The position numbers and the translations under genes are program-made. A stretch of 64,000 bases of DNA, from contig JAQUAK010000001.1 of assembly GCA_028687275.1 (NCBI GenBank), positions 100,213 through 164,212 of the forward strand, in the 5' to 3' direction. This DNA comes from Patescibacteria group bacterium. GTDB taxonomy: Bacteria; Patescibacteriota; Patescibacteriia; Patescibacteriales; UBA12465. The notes beneath the pieces were generated by a model that worked only from the letters and a program-made list of their open reading frames with translations, was not told the DNA's origin and made no database searches. The first letter of the stretch is position 1, and each line of letters opens with the position of its first letter. Positions 54,901 to 62,948 of the stretch are shown piece by piece.

Positions 54901-56013
54901 ACTGGTGATGCAGTTAATGTTGGTGGTGGTAGAATTCGTGGTTTAAATACTACTCCAGTTAATGCCGATGAAGCCGTACCCTTATCTTATCTACAAAGTA
55001 ATTATGGCCCAAGTACAGCTGACTTATGGTCTGGCACTAAGAATGGAGATATTTGGAATGGAACTGCTGGGGTGGGTAATGTAGGCATTGGGACTAATAA
55101 TCCTGCTGGCTATAAATTAAATGTTTCTGGTACAACTTATCTTAATGGTGCTGTGACTGTAAATGGCATCGCTAATGTTAATTCTAGCTTGGACTTCTCC
55201 ACAGGCAGTAATAAGGCTATAAGTTATTATGGTCCTCTAGCCAATGGTTATTTTACTCAAATGCAAACTACTGCTACCTCTGGTTATGGAACCTATGGTC
55301 CGGTAACTTCTGATTGGGCTTTGTATAATAAGTTTAGTGGCACCAACACTAGAGGTTGGATTTGGCAGTTTGCTACTACTAACGTCGCTGCTTTAAGTGG
55401 GCAGGGAAATATGCAGATTGCTGGTAATTTCAATAGTCAAGGAAGTGGTACTAATTATTTTGCTGGCAATGTTGGAATTAATACAGCTAGCCCTGGAGCC
55501 TATAAATTAAATGTGGCTGGTTCAATTTATGCAACTGGTTTAGATATGGCTGGTAATATTACTATGAGTAATAATAATATTACAGGAGTAAATAAATTAA
55601 CTGTTAATACAATTGATCCTCTCTATAATATCAAAGGAACAAATTATTCCACTTTTGCCTCAGCTATTGTTGGCGGCGTGAAAGAAGAATATATTGGTCG
55701 AGGCACTTTGCGCAGTCGCACAGCTTCAGGTGAATATGAGCTAGTGCTTGATTTCGACAAGTTTAAGGAGGGAAGTGACTTGTGGGTTTGGCATAAGGTG
55801 GTTGATTTTAGCCCAGAAAATGTTGAAGCGATAATCACTCCTTACGGTAATTATGCCCAAGTATATTATTTGATTAAAAATAATAGTATCGTTTTCCGTT
55901 CTGATAGAGTTGTTGATATTAGCTATCGTCTGTCTGGTAAGCGCAATGACTGGCAGCAGTGGCCAACTAAAGCAATTGATCAGGCTGAAAAAGCGGGTTT
56001 CATTATTGAATAA
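51940..56013 (+). CDS. giant secreted repeat protein 4 (~1357 aa) with Cys-rich N-terminal region
   Basis: Start at ATG 51940 (MKLSKLLLVLVGFGLFMAIPALA). It has N-terminal CxxC/CNSGY repeats, two more diverged cassette copies and its own C-terminal domain (IDPLYNIKGTNYSTF..GSDLWVWHK..SYRLSGKRNDW). Confidence 0.9.
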   Translation: MKLSKLLLVLVGFGLFMAIPALADTSTRGCETNTLKNGEYCNWLEGKSWCAGNTTVCAVESTTACPSNPSNGAYAFSCNSNNCVLTCNSGYTNCSGTCTVTGSSANCATYNTCTSTCTACNSGYTLSGGVCIAATLKLGSGSVSGNTVIQDLASPHVYVSGNKLGVGESNPSANLHITSSTGTEGLRIISSNYSPFIIRNSANNADLFRIDQNGNITALGLLSGSNNYWNLSGSNLYASSTSWNLGIGTTNPTSKLTVLGTVNSNSTVTATGFCIGAECKTSWSGDGWSLDGNTVGRVTSIGTLDNYDMPFLANGVERMRLMNNGNLVIGAATTGVRLHVESPQGAVAFFKSTLNGGSYAGYIGNGQTFSAEEFGLYYALNDTRLATYDVTNSLLLYGGHLNTDARLVIKESTGNVGIGTTAPNKKLEVNGDIGITRGKSIIAQYSGSDRAYIKFTDTNDIQLSNYYSTVLHIGGDSNRGNVGIGTTNPTTKLYVNGGVGDVVNVGGGRIRGLNTTPVNADEAVPLSYLQGNYAPSGAAFVQGGNSFGSIANLGTNDNYPLNIETNNAIRMTVLANGNVGIGMTNPTSILDIKSPVTPILTLSSGSGTILAGDIVSSLNTYIPNEGSGIANRIVSSIQSIADVNYEGAQAPTALAFLTQPVGGVAVSEKMRITASGNVGIGTTNPGTKLEVVGTSKFNGQITNSTLAGTGNRCLYVDASGNVSAKGVDCGTSTGGDDMGNHIATQNIRLGNYWLSGDGGNEGVFVKADGNVGIGTTNPSFNLDVNGSANIKNVLRSDNWRHVLSKSFTSSATNGYLLTTAIPYDGVANRGMHSVRITGYAYGNQEPIDFVVNFYLYSGSIGRGWTNFGAYDPGTVRISYEGGFVKIWWSNIIYYPNFEVFTSTNGALTNTDSYFEGWNITDAVSPSTYVDTTYKNAQPQGLTMGGNIILNSNWLSGDGGNEGIFVNSSGNVGIGTTNPTTKLYVDAGTGDAVNVGGGRIRGLNTTPVNADEAVPLSYLQSNYGPSTADLWSGTKNGDIWNGTAGVGNVGIGTNNPAGYKLNVSGTTYLNGAVTVNGIANVNSSLDFSTGSNKAISYYGPLANGYFTQMQTTATSGYGTYGPVTSDWALYNKFSGTNTRGWIWQFATTNVAALSGQGNMQIAGNFNSQGSGTNYFAGNVGINTASPGAYKLNVAGSIYATGLDMAGNITMSNNNITGVNKLTVNTIDPLYNIKGTNYSTFASAIVGGVKEEYIGRGTLRSRTASGEYELVLDFDKFKEGSDLWVWHKVVDFSPENVEAIITPYGNYAQVYYLIKNNSIVFRSDRVVDISYRLSGKRNDWQQWPTKAIDQAEKAGFIIE
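53377..53538 (+). repeat. 162-bp cassette copy 15 (YVNGGVGDVVNV, diverged)
   Basis: In-frame copy. Followed by a shortened extension A, NIETNNAIR subtype. Confidence 0.9.
54055..54224 (+). repeat. 170-bp segment shared with giant gene 5 (copy a)
   Basis: Encodes LAGTGNRCLYVDASGNVSAKGVDCGTSTGGDDMGNHIATQNIRLGNYWLSGDGGNEG. By hand count it differs at 8 of 170 nt from 58967-59136. Confidence 0.9.
54844..55005 (+). repeat. 162-bp cassette copy 16 (YVDAG, LSYLQSNY, diverged)
   Basis: In-frame copy. Followed by a diverged extension B (YGPSTADLWSGTKNGDIWNG). Confidence 0.9.
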
Positions 56014-56123
56014 TTTGAGCTACAATAGTATTAACTAAATTTAAAAAATAAAAGCTTATTTAAATTAATAAGCATTAGTCAAAAGGGATTAGTAAATAAT
56101 TTTATTAGTTCCGACCTAAAAAT

Positions 56124-56819
56124 ATGGACAATAAAAACATGTCGAATGGGTCCAAAAACAAAAATCTTTTAATTATTTTGGGCTTAGTGGTCATTGTGGC
56201 AATTATTGTGGTAGCCGCTTTAATGACTCAAAAAGATGAAAGTGATGTTGTAAATAGTGATGTAGAAAATTCTTTAAATGTGGGCCCAGCTAGCGCCGAT
56301 ATTCCGGCAGATGCTCAGGCTTATGTGCCTACAGAGTTATCCCTAGATGAAAATGGTGAGCCGATTATACCTGACGCTTTAATTGATGCCATGGTAACTA
56401 TTGAAGGTGCTAATCCAATTGCTAAGAATGGCATTGTAGTTACTCCGGCTGGTGAGGCCGTGCAAAATGACGCTGTGCCTATGTCACCAGAAGCTCCTAA
56501 ACAGACATCTTCAGTTGTAGTTGAAGAATTGCCAGACAGTGTTATTAAATTGTCTGTTTCTGCCGCTGGTTTTGAGCCAAATCAAATTAGTGTCAAAGCG
56601 GGAGCTCCAATAACGATTGCTATTACTTCTACCGATAATTTCACTCATGTCTTTATGTTTGATGATAGTGCTTTAGGGGCGGTAGCAGTCGGTGTTTCTC
56701 CTTATGAAACTAGGGCCATTACTTTTAATAGTCCTAAGGAGGCTGGTGAATATACCTTCCGTTGTGATGTTCCTGGCCATGCTGGTCGAGGTGAAGTTGG
56801 TAAGATGATTGTGCAATAA
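56124..56819 (+). CDS. membrane-anchored cupredoxin-like protein (paralog 4; H-C-H-M ligand set present)
   Basis: IKLSVSAAGFEPNQISVKAGAPITIAI..FTHVFMF..YTFRCDVPGHAGRGEVGKMIVQ. Confidence 0.75.
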   Translation: MDNKNMSNGSKNKNLLIILGLVVIVAIIVVAALMTQKDESDVVNSDVENSLNVGPASADIPADAQAYVPTELSLDENGEPIIPDALIDAMVTIEGANPIAKNGIVVTPAGEAVQNDAVPMSPEAPKQTSSVVVEELPDSVIKLSVSAAGFEPNQISVKAGAPITIAITSTDNFTHVFMFDDSALGAVAVGVSPYETRAITFNSPKEAGEYTFRCDVPGHAGRGEVGKMIVQ

Positions 56820-56860
56820 TTATTTCAGATTAAGGTCGTATATATAATTAATATTTTAAA

Positions 56861-56894
56861 ACAGCCACCCTCGGAATCGGGAGGCTGTTTTTTT
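56861..56894 (+). terminator. rho-independent terminator
   Basis: acagccaccc-tcggaat-cgggaggctgt followed by T7. Confidence 0.75.
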
Positions 56895-56949
56895 AGACAA
56901 ATTAGGTAATTTATATTAGAATATAAGTAAGATATATTGAAAAATATTT

Positions 56950-58731
56950 ATGTCCAGCAAAGAAAATAAGTCAAAGGAAATACTTAAAACTATTAAGTCC
57001 ACAGACACTTCTTGGTTAAATAAACGTCTCGCCCCAAAATATTTTTGGCCTATTTTTGGGGTTTTGTTTTTTTTGTTTTTATTAAGTATTTTTAACTTGC
57101 TTTCACTATTACAGATTAGGCAGGAGATGAATAGAAATTTAGAAGACTTAAGAACAAATATTAGTTTAAGTCAGGATATGGCTACTAAAAAAAATAGTGA
57201 TGAGTCATTATTTAGTACTTCCACGGCGCTTGATAATAATATTCCTACAGAAATATCCTCCTCATCGTTTGAAAATATACAAAATGACGAAGCTTCCTTG
57301 TCATCAGCTTTAATAAATATAGAAACTGGTGCTACTGATCTCGCTACGGCGAGTTCAGCGGCTACGCAGGTTATTCTAGTTAAGCCCATTGATAGCATTC
57401 TAGCCGCTATATTTGGCTCTAGTCCTCAAGTATCTAACAGTGATCCAAATGTTAAAGAAGTTAAGGTTGATAAGACAGTTTCAGTCCCAGCTCCTGATCC
57501 CTTGAAGATTAGTTATTCGAATGACTTTATCCCACCCATCTCTGAGCAATTACTCAGCGGCCGTTTAAGTAGTGTGAGCGACACCTTTTCTAGCCTGTCT
57601 AACATTAATCAGTCGGAAACTGATATGTTTTGGGATGAGAATATGACTGTTTTTGTTTTTCCCCCCGTGTATGAATTAAAAAAGCAAAGTGATTGTTCTG
57701 CTCCAGATTGTGGACTATCACGAGCGATGACTGATATTCAATCTAGCTGTCTTAGTCCTGGCTGTCTATCCAAGTCTAGTGAGAGCAAGTTGTCATTTGC
57801 TGGCAAAGAATTACAATTGCCACCAGTTTTTAAAGATAGAAAAATTAGTAAAATCAATATTTTCCCTTTAGCTAATTCCTGGTTGATTGGTATTGTGACA
57901 GGACCAAGTACAGCTGAGCAAGGCTGGGTTTATCGTTTTGATGGACTATCTTTCTCTCCTTTAATTACCAATGAAACTGAATATCAAATTAAGCCTCTTT
58001 TCCAAAAAGGGGGTGGAGAGATTGCTTTTGGTGGTGACAGCAAAGATTTTCTAGTTTTATATTCTGGTTATGATGCTATAGCTTATCGTTTCCGTGAGGG
58101 TGGAATTGAAGATGTTAGTAAATATTTTGGTTTGCGTGTTAGCGGTGGTGGGTTTAAGGCCCAAATATTGAGAATCGGAGAAGGGCAGTCCAGTATTTAT
58201 TATGTTTGTGGCTTAGATGAGAATGAAGCTAAGATAATTAAGATTTGGTCAAAAGATGCTTTAAATAGTGCTGGCGCTCTGGATTTTAGCACTGTTTTTG
58301 CCGACTCTTCTTTTTATCCACAAAGTATTTTGTGTGGGATAAGCGATGTCCAAACGAAAAAATTATTGATAGCCGCTAAAATAAAAGATAGGTATGAGTT
58401 GTGGAATTTTCAAGATAAGGGCTTTGATAATAGTTCTTCGCGTCAAGTAACTTCCATTAATTTAAAGGATAATAATACAGAGCTAGTTAAAGCAGCCGTT
58501 ATTTCTGATGTAGGGGTAGAAACTAAGTCTGGTTGTCCTGGTTCGAGCGCTAGTGTTTATTTAGCCAATGAAAGGGGGGCCTTTAATTATGTGAATACTT
58601 ATTTATGGCATGGTTTTGCTAAATTAGGTTCAGAGTTATATTGGCGTTTTGTTTTTCAACCAGAGAATGACCCTTTTTATTCCCCCTGGTTTAGCCATAT
58701 CAATCGTTTAAGCTATTTGTCCCCTGAATAG
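56950..58731 (+). CDS. membrane-anchored hypothetical protein (593 aa)
   Basis: Long ORF with an N-terminal TM anchor and Ser-rich linker. I recognise no family. Confidence 0.7.
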   Translation: MSSKENKSKEILKTIKSTDTSWLNKRLAPKYFWPIFGVLFFLFLLSIFNLLSLLQIRQEMNRNLEDLRTNISLSQDMATKKNSDESLFSTSTALDNNIPTEISSSSFENIQNDEASLSSALINIETGATDLATASSAATQVILVKPIDSILAAIFGSSPQVSNSDPNVKEVKVDKTVSVPAPDPLKISYSNDFIPPISEQLLSGRLSSVSDTFSSLSNINQSETDMFWDENMTVFVFPPVYELKKQSDCSAPDCGLSRAMTDIQSSCLSPGCLSKSSESKLSFAGKELQLPPVFKDRKISKINIFPLANSWLIGIVTGPSTAEQGWVYRFDGLSFSPLITNETEYQIKPLFQKGGGEIAFGGDSKDFLVLYSGYDAIAYRFREGGIEDVSKYFGLRVSGGGFKAQILRIGEGQSSIYYVCGLDENEAKIIKIWSKDALNSAGALDFSTVFADSSFYPQSILCGISDVQTKKLLIAAKIKDRYELWNFQDKGFDNSSSRQVTSINLKDNNTELVKAAVISDVGVETKSGCPGSSASVYLANERGAFNYVNTYLWHGFAKLGSELYWRFVFQPENDPFYSPWFSHINRLSYLSPE

Positions 58732-58810
58732 TGATTAGTTAAATATTATTGTTATCTTTATTTAAAAAGTGCTATAATAAAGTTATATTAGGAATTAATT
58801 TTTAAATTTT

Positions 58811-61120
58811 ATGTCTTTTTTAAGGAGAAAATTTTTCGTTTATTTTACTCTAGCTCTAGCCCTATCCCTCTCTTTCTATCCTTTCTCAACAACCCAAGCA
58901 AAAACAATTAGTGCCGGCACCGCCTCGGACATTTTCTCTGTACCTGGTCAATTATTAAATGGTAAGTTAGCAGGAACTGGTAACCGTTGTTTATACGTTG
59001 ATGCCTCTGGTAATGTCTCCGCTAAAGGAGTTGACTGCGGAACATCTACGGGCGGAGATGATATGGGTACTCATATTGCTACTCAAAATATCAGATTAGG
59101 AAATTACTGGTTGTCTGGTGACGGCGGCAACGAAGGTATAGCGGTTAGTAGCATTGGTCGCGTTGGTATAAATACTAATAATCCTGGAGCAGAATTACAG
59201 ATTAGCACTCCTGCCTCGACTGAAGGTTTGCGCATTATTTCCGCTTCTGATTGGAGTCCATTAAATATCATGAATAGTGCTGGTACTGTTGATATCTTCA
59301 GAGTTGATCAAACTGGTTCTTTGGCGGTTGGTATTATACCAGGAGCAAGAGTTAGTGGGGCGGTTGGCTCGGCTACTACAGCTACTACTGCTACTACAGC
59401 TACATCTCTCGCTGCTAATGGCGCTAATTGTAGTTCTGGTTACTACCCTTTGGGTGTTAATGCCTCGGGTGCAGTTGAAAATTGTATGGCTATTCCTGCA
59501 GACTCTGATATTTATTGGAATGGATCCTCTGTCAGCTTAAATGCCTCTACGGGTCGCACTTCTTTAGGACTTGGCGCTTTAGCAACTATAAATTCTGTGG
59601 CTAATGCACAAATTACCGATGTTGCTTGGTCTAAAATCACTGGTTTTCCAACTGCTTGTTCGGCTGGACAGTATGTATCCGCTGTTGGCGGCACTTTAAC
59701 TTGTTCTACCCCAGCTACCGGTTCTGATATTTATTGGAACGGATCTTCTACCGGTTTAAATGCTACTACTGGACGTTCTTCTTTAGGTCTTGGTGCTTTA
59801 GCAACTATAAATTCTGTGGCTAATGCACAAATTACCGATGTTGCTTGGTCTAAAATCACTGGTTTCCCAACTGCTTGTTCGGCTGGACAGTATGTATCCG
59901 CTGTTGGCGGTACTTTAACTTGTTCTACCCCCCCCTCAGGTTCTGATATTTATTGGAATGGCTCCTCTACTGGTTTAAATGCTTCCACTGGACGTTCTTC
60001 TTTAGGTCTTGGCTCTTTAGCAACTCAAAGTAATCTTGCCTGGTCACAATTAACTTCTTTCCCAACTGCTTGTTCGGCTGGACAGTATGTATCCGCTGTT
60101 GGCGGTACTTTAACTTGTTCTACTCCCCCCTCAGGTTCTGATATTTATTGGAGTGGTTCCTCTACTGGCTTGAATGCTACTACTGGACGTTCTTCTTTAG
60201 GTCTTGGCTCTTTAGCGACTCTAAGCACAGTTACAAGCTCACAAATAAGTAATGGAACTATTGCCGACATTGATGTTAGTTCCTCCGCTAATATTTCTGC
60301 TTCTAAAATTCAAAATGGTACTTATTTTATTACTTCCGCTGGAACTAATGGTCAGGTTTGGACTTCTGATGGGTCTGGAGCAGGTAACTGGGCGACTGCT
60401 GCTGGTGGCATTTCCGGTTCTGGTACAGCTAATTATCTGAGTAAGTGGACTGGTTCTAGCTCACAGGGAAATTCAATTATCTACGATAATGGCACTAATG
60501 TTGGTGTCGGTTTAGTGCCTACAGCTAAGCTAGATGTAAATGGTAGTTTTAGAGCAAACTCTTCTATTTCTTTTCCGCTTTTAGCCGCTGCTAGAGGTGA
60601 AACTTATGCCGTAACGATTGATGAGTCAGGAACCTTAGGCAGTACGGCTATTTCAGGAGGCTCAGGCTTACCTAGTGGCACTCAACATCAAACTATGCGT
60701 TATAACGGTTCAGCTTGGGCCGCGACTTCTAATCTATGGAATAATGGAGTAGTTGTTGGTATTAATACTACGCCAACTAGTTTGTGTGATATGACTACCA
60801 AATTAAGTGTAAATGGGACTATAAACACCTCTAAATTACACCTTACTAGAACTGATAATACGTCTTGCTATACGAGTGCCGACATAGCATATGATACGGG
60901 GACGGGCTATCTAAATTTTACTACATCGGGTAATGGTTATGTTTTTGATAGTCCTATACGAGCCGCTTATAAGTCTGCTGATAATTCTACTGGTATCACT
61001 AGCACCTTATATCTTATGGGTTGTAATAGCTTAGAATGCCACATGACTATTAAGAACGGAATTGTTACCGCTAATACTTGCCCTACTACTACTTGTGGAG
61101 CCCCGATAATAAAAGATTAG
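58811..61120 (+). CDS. giant secreted repeat protein 5 (769 aa) with internal tandem repeats
   Basis: Signal peptide, the segment shared with gene 4, about 3.5 tandem repeats of a 65-73-aa unit, and a unique C-terminus. Confidence 0.9.
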   Translation: MSFLRRKFFVYFTLALALSLSFYPFSTTQAKTISAGTASDIFSVPGQLLNGKLAGTGNRCLYVDASGNVSAKGVDCGTSTGGDDMGTHIATQNIRLGNYWLSGDGGNEGIAVSSIGRVGINTNNPGAELQISTPASTEGLRIISASDWSPLNIMNSAGTVDIFRVDQTGSLAVGIIPGARVSGAVGSATTATTATTATSLAANGANCSSGYYPLGVNASGAVENCMAIPADSDIYWNGSSVSLNASTGRTSLGLGALATINSVANAQITDVAWSKITGFPTACSAGQYVSAVGGTLTCSTPATGSDIYWNGSSTGLNATTGRSSLGLGALATINSVANAQITDVAWSKITGFPTACSAGQYVSAVGGTLTCSTPPSGSDIYWNGSSTGLNASTGRSSLGLGSLATQSNLAWSQLTSFPTACSAGQYVSAVGGTLTCSTPPSGSDIYWSGSSTGLNATTGRSSLGLGSLATLSTVTSSQISNGTIADIDVSSSANISASKIQNGTYFITSAGTNGQVWTSDGSGAGNWATAAGGISGSGTANYLSKWTGSSSQGNSIIYDNGTNVGVGLVPTAKLDVNGSFRANSSISFPLLAAARGETYAVTIDESGTLGSTAISGGSGLPSGTQHQTMRYNGSAWAATSNLWNNGVVVGINTTPTSLCDMTTKLSVNGTINTSKLHLTRTDNTSCYTSADIAYDTGTGYLNFTTSGNGYVFDSPIRAAYKSADNSTGITSTLYLMGCNSLECHMTIKNGIVTANTCPTTTCGAPIIKD
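58967..59136 (+). repeat. 170-bp segment shared with giant gene 4 (copy b)
   Basis: See 54055-54224. Confidence 0.9.
59504..60230 (+). repeat. in-frame tandem repeats (219, 219, 195 bp and one partial unit)
   Basis: The unit SDIYWNGSSxxLNAxTGRxSLGLGxLAT..FPTACSAGQYVSAVGGTLTCSTPxxG starts at 59504, 59723, 59942 and 60137. Confidence 0.9.
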
Positions 61121-61152
61121 GAATATTATCGGTTATAAAAATATTATTTTAT

Positions 61153-61179
61153 AAAGGCTGTCTATTAAGACAGCCTTTT
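61153..61179 (+). terminator. rho-independent terminator
   Basis: ggctgtct-atta-agacagcc followed by tttt. Confidence 0.75.
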
Positions 61180-61305
61180 GTTTATAGTTAAAATTTAGTA
61201 TAATTTGCTTGTGGATATCTTAGTATTGACAAAAGTAATTAAAAGTACTAATCTTTAGATAATTCTTTAACATTATTAATTCGCAACCCCAAAAAAACAG
61301 ATATC

Positions 61306-61653
61306 ATGAAAAAAAACTTTTTTATTATCGCGACATTCGCAATGATGGCCTTATTTTTTGGCTCTTGCGATAAGGAGAATTCCTTAACTGAAACCACCTT
61401 TACCATCGATGCATCGGCTTTTCCAACGGCAACGGACCTCATGGTCCATTTAGTGTCTTCGGAAAGTACCGACGAAGCTATCACTATTGATGCCCGTATT
61501 GGTGAAAATGTGCTTAACATCACTGAAGGGGAAAAATTATCCCTGCAAGCGGACGCCTATTATTCTGTAATTTTATTTGACCATAATGGTCAGTATCTTG
61601 TACAAAATTTTTTTCCGGCGTCTGCCAACAAAATGTTAATTCAAGCTGAATAG
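61306..61653 (+). CDS. small lipoprotein, Bacteroidota-style signal (FFGSC)
   Basis: MKKNFFIIATFAMMALFFGSCDKE is a lipobox. The gene lies in a visibly GC-richer segment. Confidence 0.65.
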   Translation: MKKNFFIIATFAMMALFFGSCDKENSLTETTFTIDASAFPTATDLMVHLVSSESTDEAITIDARIGENVLNITEGEKLSLQADAYYSVILFDHNGQYLVQNFFPASANKMLIQAE

Positions 61654-61803
61654 TTATGGAAAACGCTCCCAAGGACCAAACTGATTTATGCACAAAGCAT
61701 ATTATCCGTTTGGTCCTTTTAATTTGTCTTGACATTTATCATTTTTTATTTTATATTAGTCCCATAACTTCTTTAACAATTTTAACCCTTAAAACTATAC
61801 ATC

Positions 61804-62925
61804 ATGAAAAAGCTTGCCATTTTTACCTTTCTGCTCATAATGAGCATAGGACACCTTGTTTCAGCCCAGACTTGGGCGGAGTATGACACCCCTGCTTCAG
61901 CCACGGCTATTGCCGTGACAGATAATGCAATTTTTGTTTTTACGCCCGACCAATACTATCAGGTCGGATTTCCTCTCCCTGCTTCGGGCAGCACTTTACC
62001 CTGGGCACAAATGATAGTGCCTGGAACCGGCAGCATTAAGGCCGGAGTTGTTACCCCTGATGGCATCGTTTTTGCTCTAAGGGAAAACGGTGACCTATGG
62101 CGCTTAATTAACGGTCAATGGGAAAATATTTTTCCTGATCAAGTAATTGAGGGCCTGTCTGGCATTGCCGGCAATCGTTTTTTTGCCTGGTCAAGGTATA
62201 ATATCTATGAATATCTTGGCGGTTTTACGCAGATGCCATTTGATGGCGCTAAAGTAATTACTTTCAATGAAGACCATGTCATGGTATTTACCGAAAGTTC
62301 TGGAAATTATTCTGGTTCAAATTCTTGGACATTGAGTCCAGCCGAGGACTTAAATAATTTCTATCCTACTGATGCCGCTATGACCGATGACGAATATGTT
62401 GTGGTTGGTAGTGTAATCAATAGTTTAGCTGCCTGGCATCAAAGTCCGCCGGACGCTTGCGTGCCCTTTACCCATGTATTAACGGAAGGAATAGTCAACT
62501 CGGTGGCTGCCACTAAGGATACAGCTTGGGCGGTTGGTCGTATCGGGCCAAAAGGCATGTTATTTAACACCTCAGATATGTCGGAAATTTATATTGTTCC
62601 GGAAAATGTTTGGCAGGTGAGAAATAATAATGTTGGTCTGGTAGCGGCTGTTAGTAGCAGCAAGTTGTATGTTCATGGTAGTACTATGATTGTTGGCTCA
62701 CAAAAAACTTCTACCTCTACTGCCCCTCTTATTATCGCCCCGAACCCCATTGAAGATGGTTGCTTACGCATTATTGCTTCCGAGGCTTGTGAGGCTCGTT
62801 TAACTGATTTAACTGGCCGTCAGCTGGCTGGTGCTCTCTTAGAGAAAGGAAGTAACAATATTAATATCAGTTATTTGCCGACTGGTATGTATCTGTTAAA
62901 TGGTACGAAAATAATCGTGCCTTAA
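61804..62925 (+). CDS. secreted protein with T9SS type-A C-terminal sorting domain
   Basis: A signal peptide ending VSAQ and a C-terminal ~75 aa reading APNPIEDGCLRI..ARLTDLTGRQL..GSNNINISYLPTGMYLLNG.KIIV match the Por/T9SS CTD pattern. Confidence 0.75.
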   Translation: MKKLAIFTFLLIMSIGHLVSAQTWAEYDTPASATAIAVTDNAIFVFTPDQYYQVGFPLPASGSTLPWAQMIVPGTGSIKAGVVTPDGIVFALRENGDLWRLINGQWENIFPDQVIEGLSGIAGNRFFAWSRYNIYEYLGGFTQMPFDGAKVITFNEDHVMVFTESSGNYSGSNSWTLSPAEDLNNFYPTDAAMTDDEYVVVGSVINSLAAWHQSPPDACVPFTHVLTEGIVNSVAATKDTAWAVGRIGPKGMLFNTSDMSEIYIVPENVWQVRNNNVGLVAAVSSSKLYVHGSTMIVGSQKTSTSTAPLIIAPNPIEDGCLRIIASEACEARLTDLTGRQLAGALLEKGSNNINISYLPTGMYLLNGTKIIVP

Positions 62926-62948
62926 TACTTGCTTGTTCTTGTGTTTAC

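Noticed and set aside
29302-61120. CRISPR array or non-coding tandem repeats suggested by the strong periodic repetition
   Set aside because: All repeats are in frame within long uninterrupted ORFs. Spacing is irregular (about 430-1210 bp), and the repeat units are 162-330 bp. This is a coding cassette architecture, not repeat-spacer structure.
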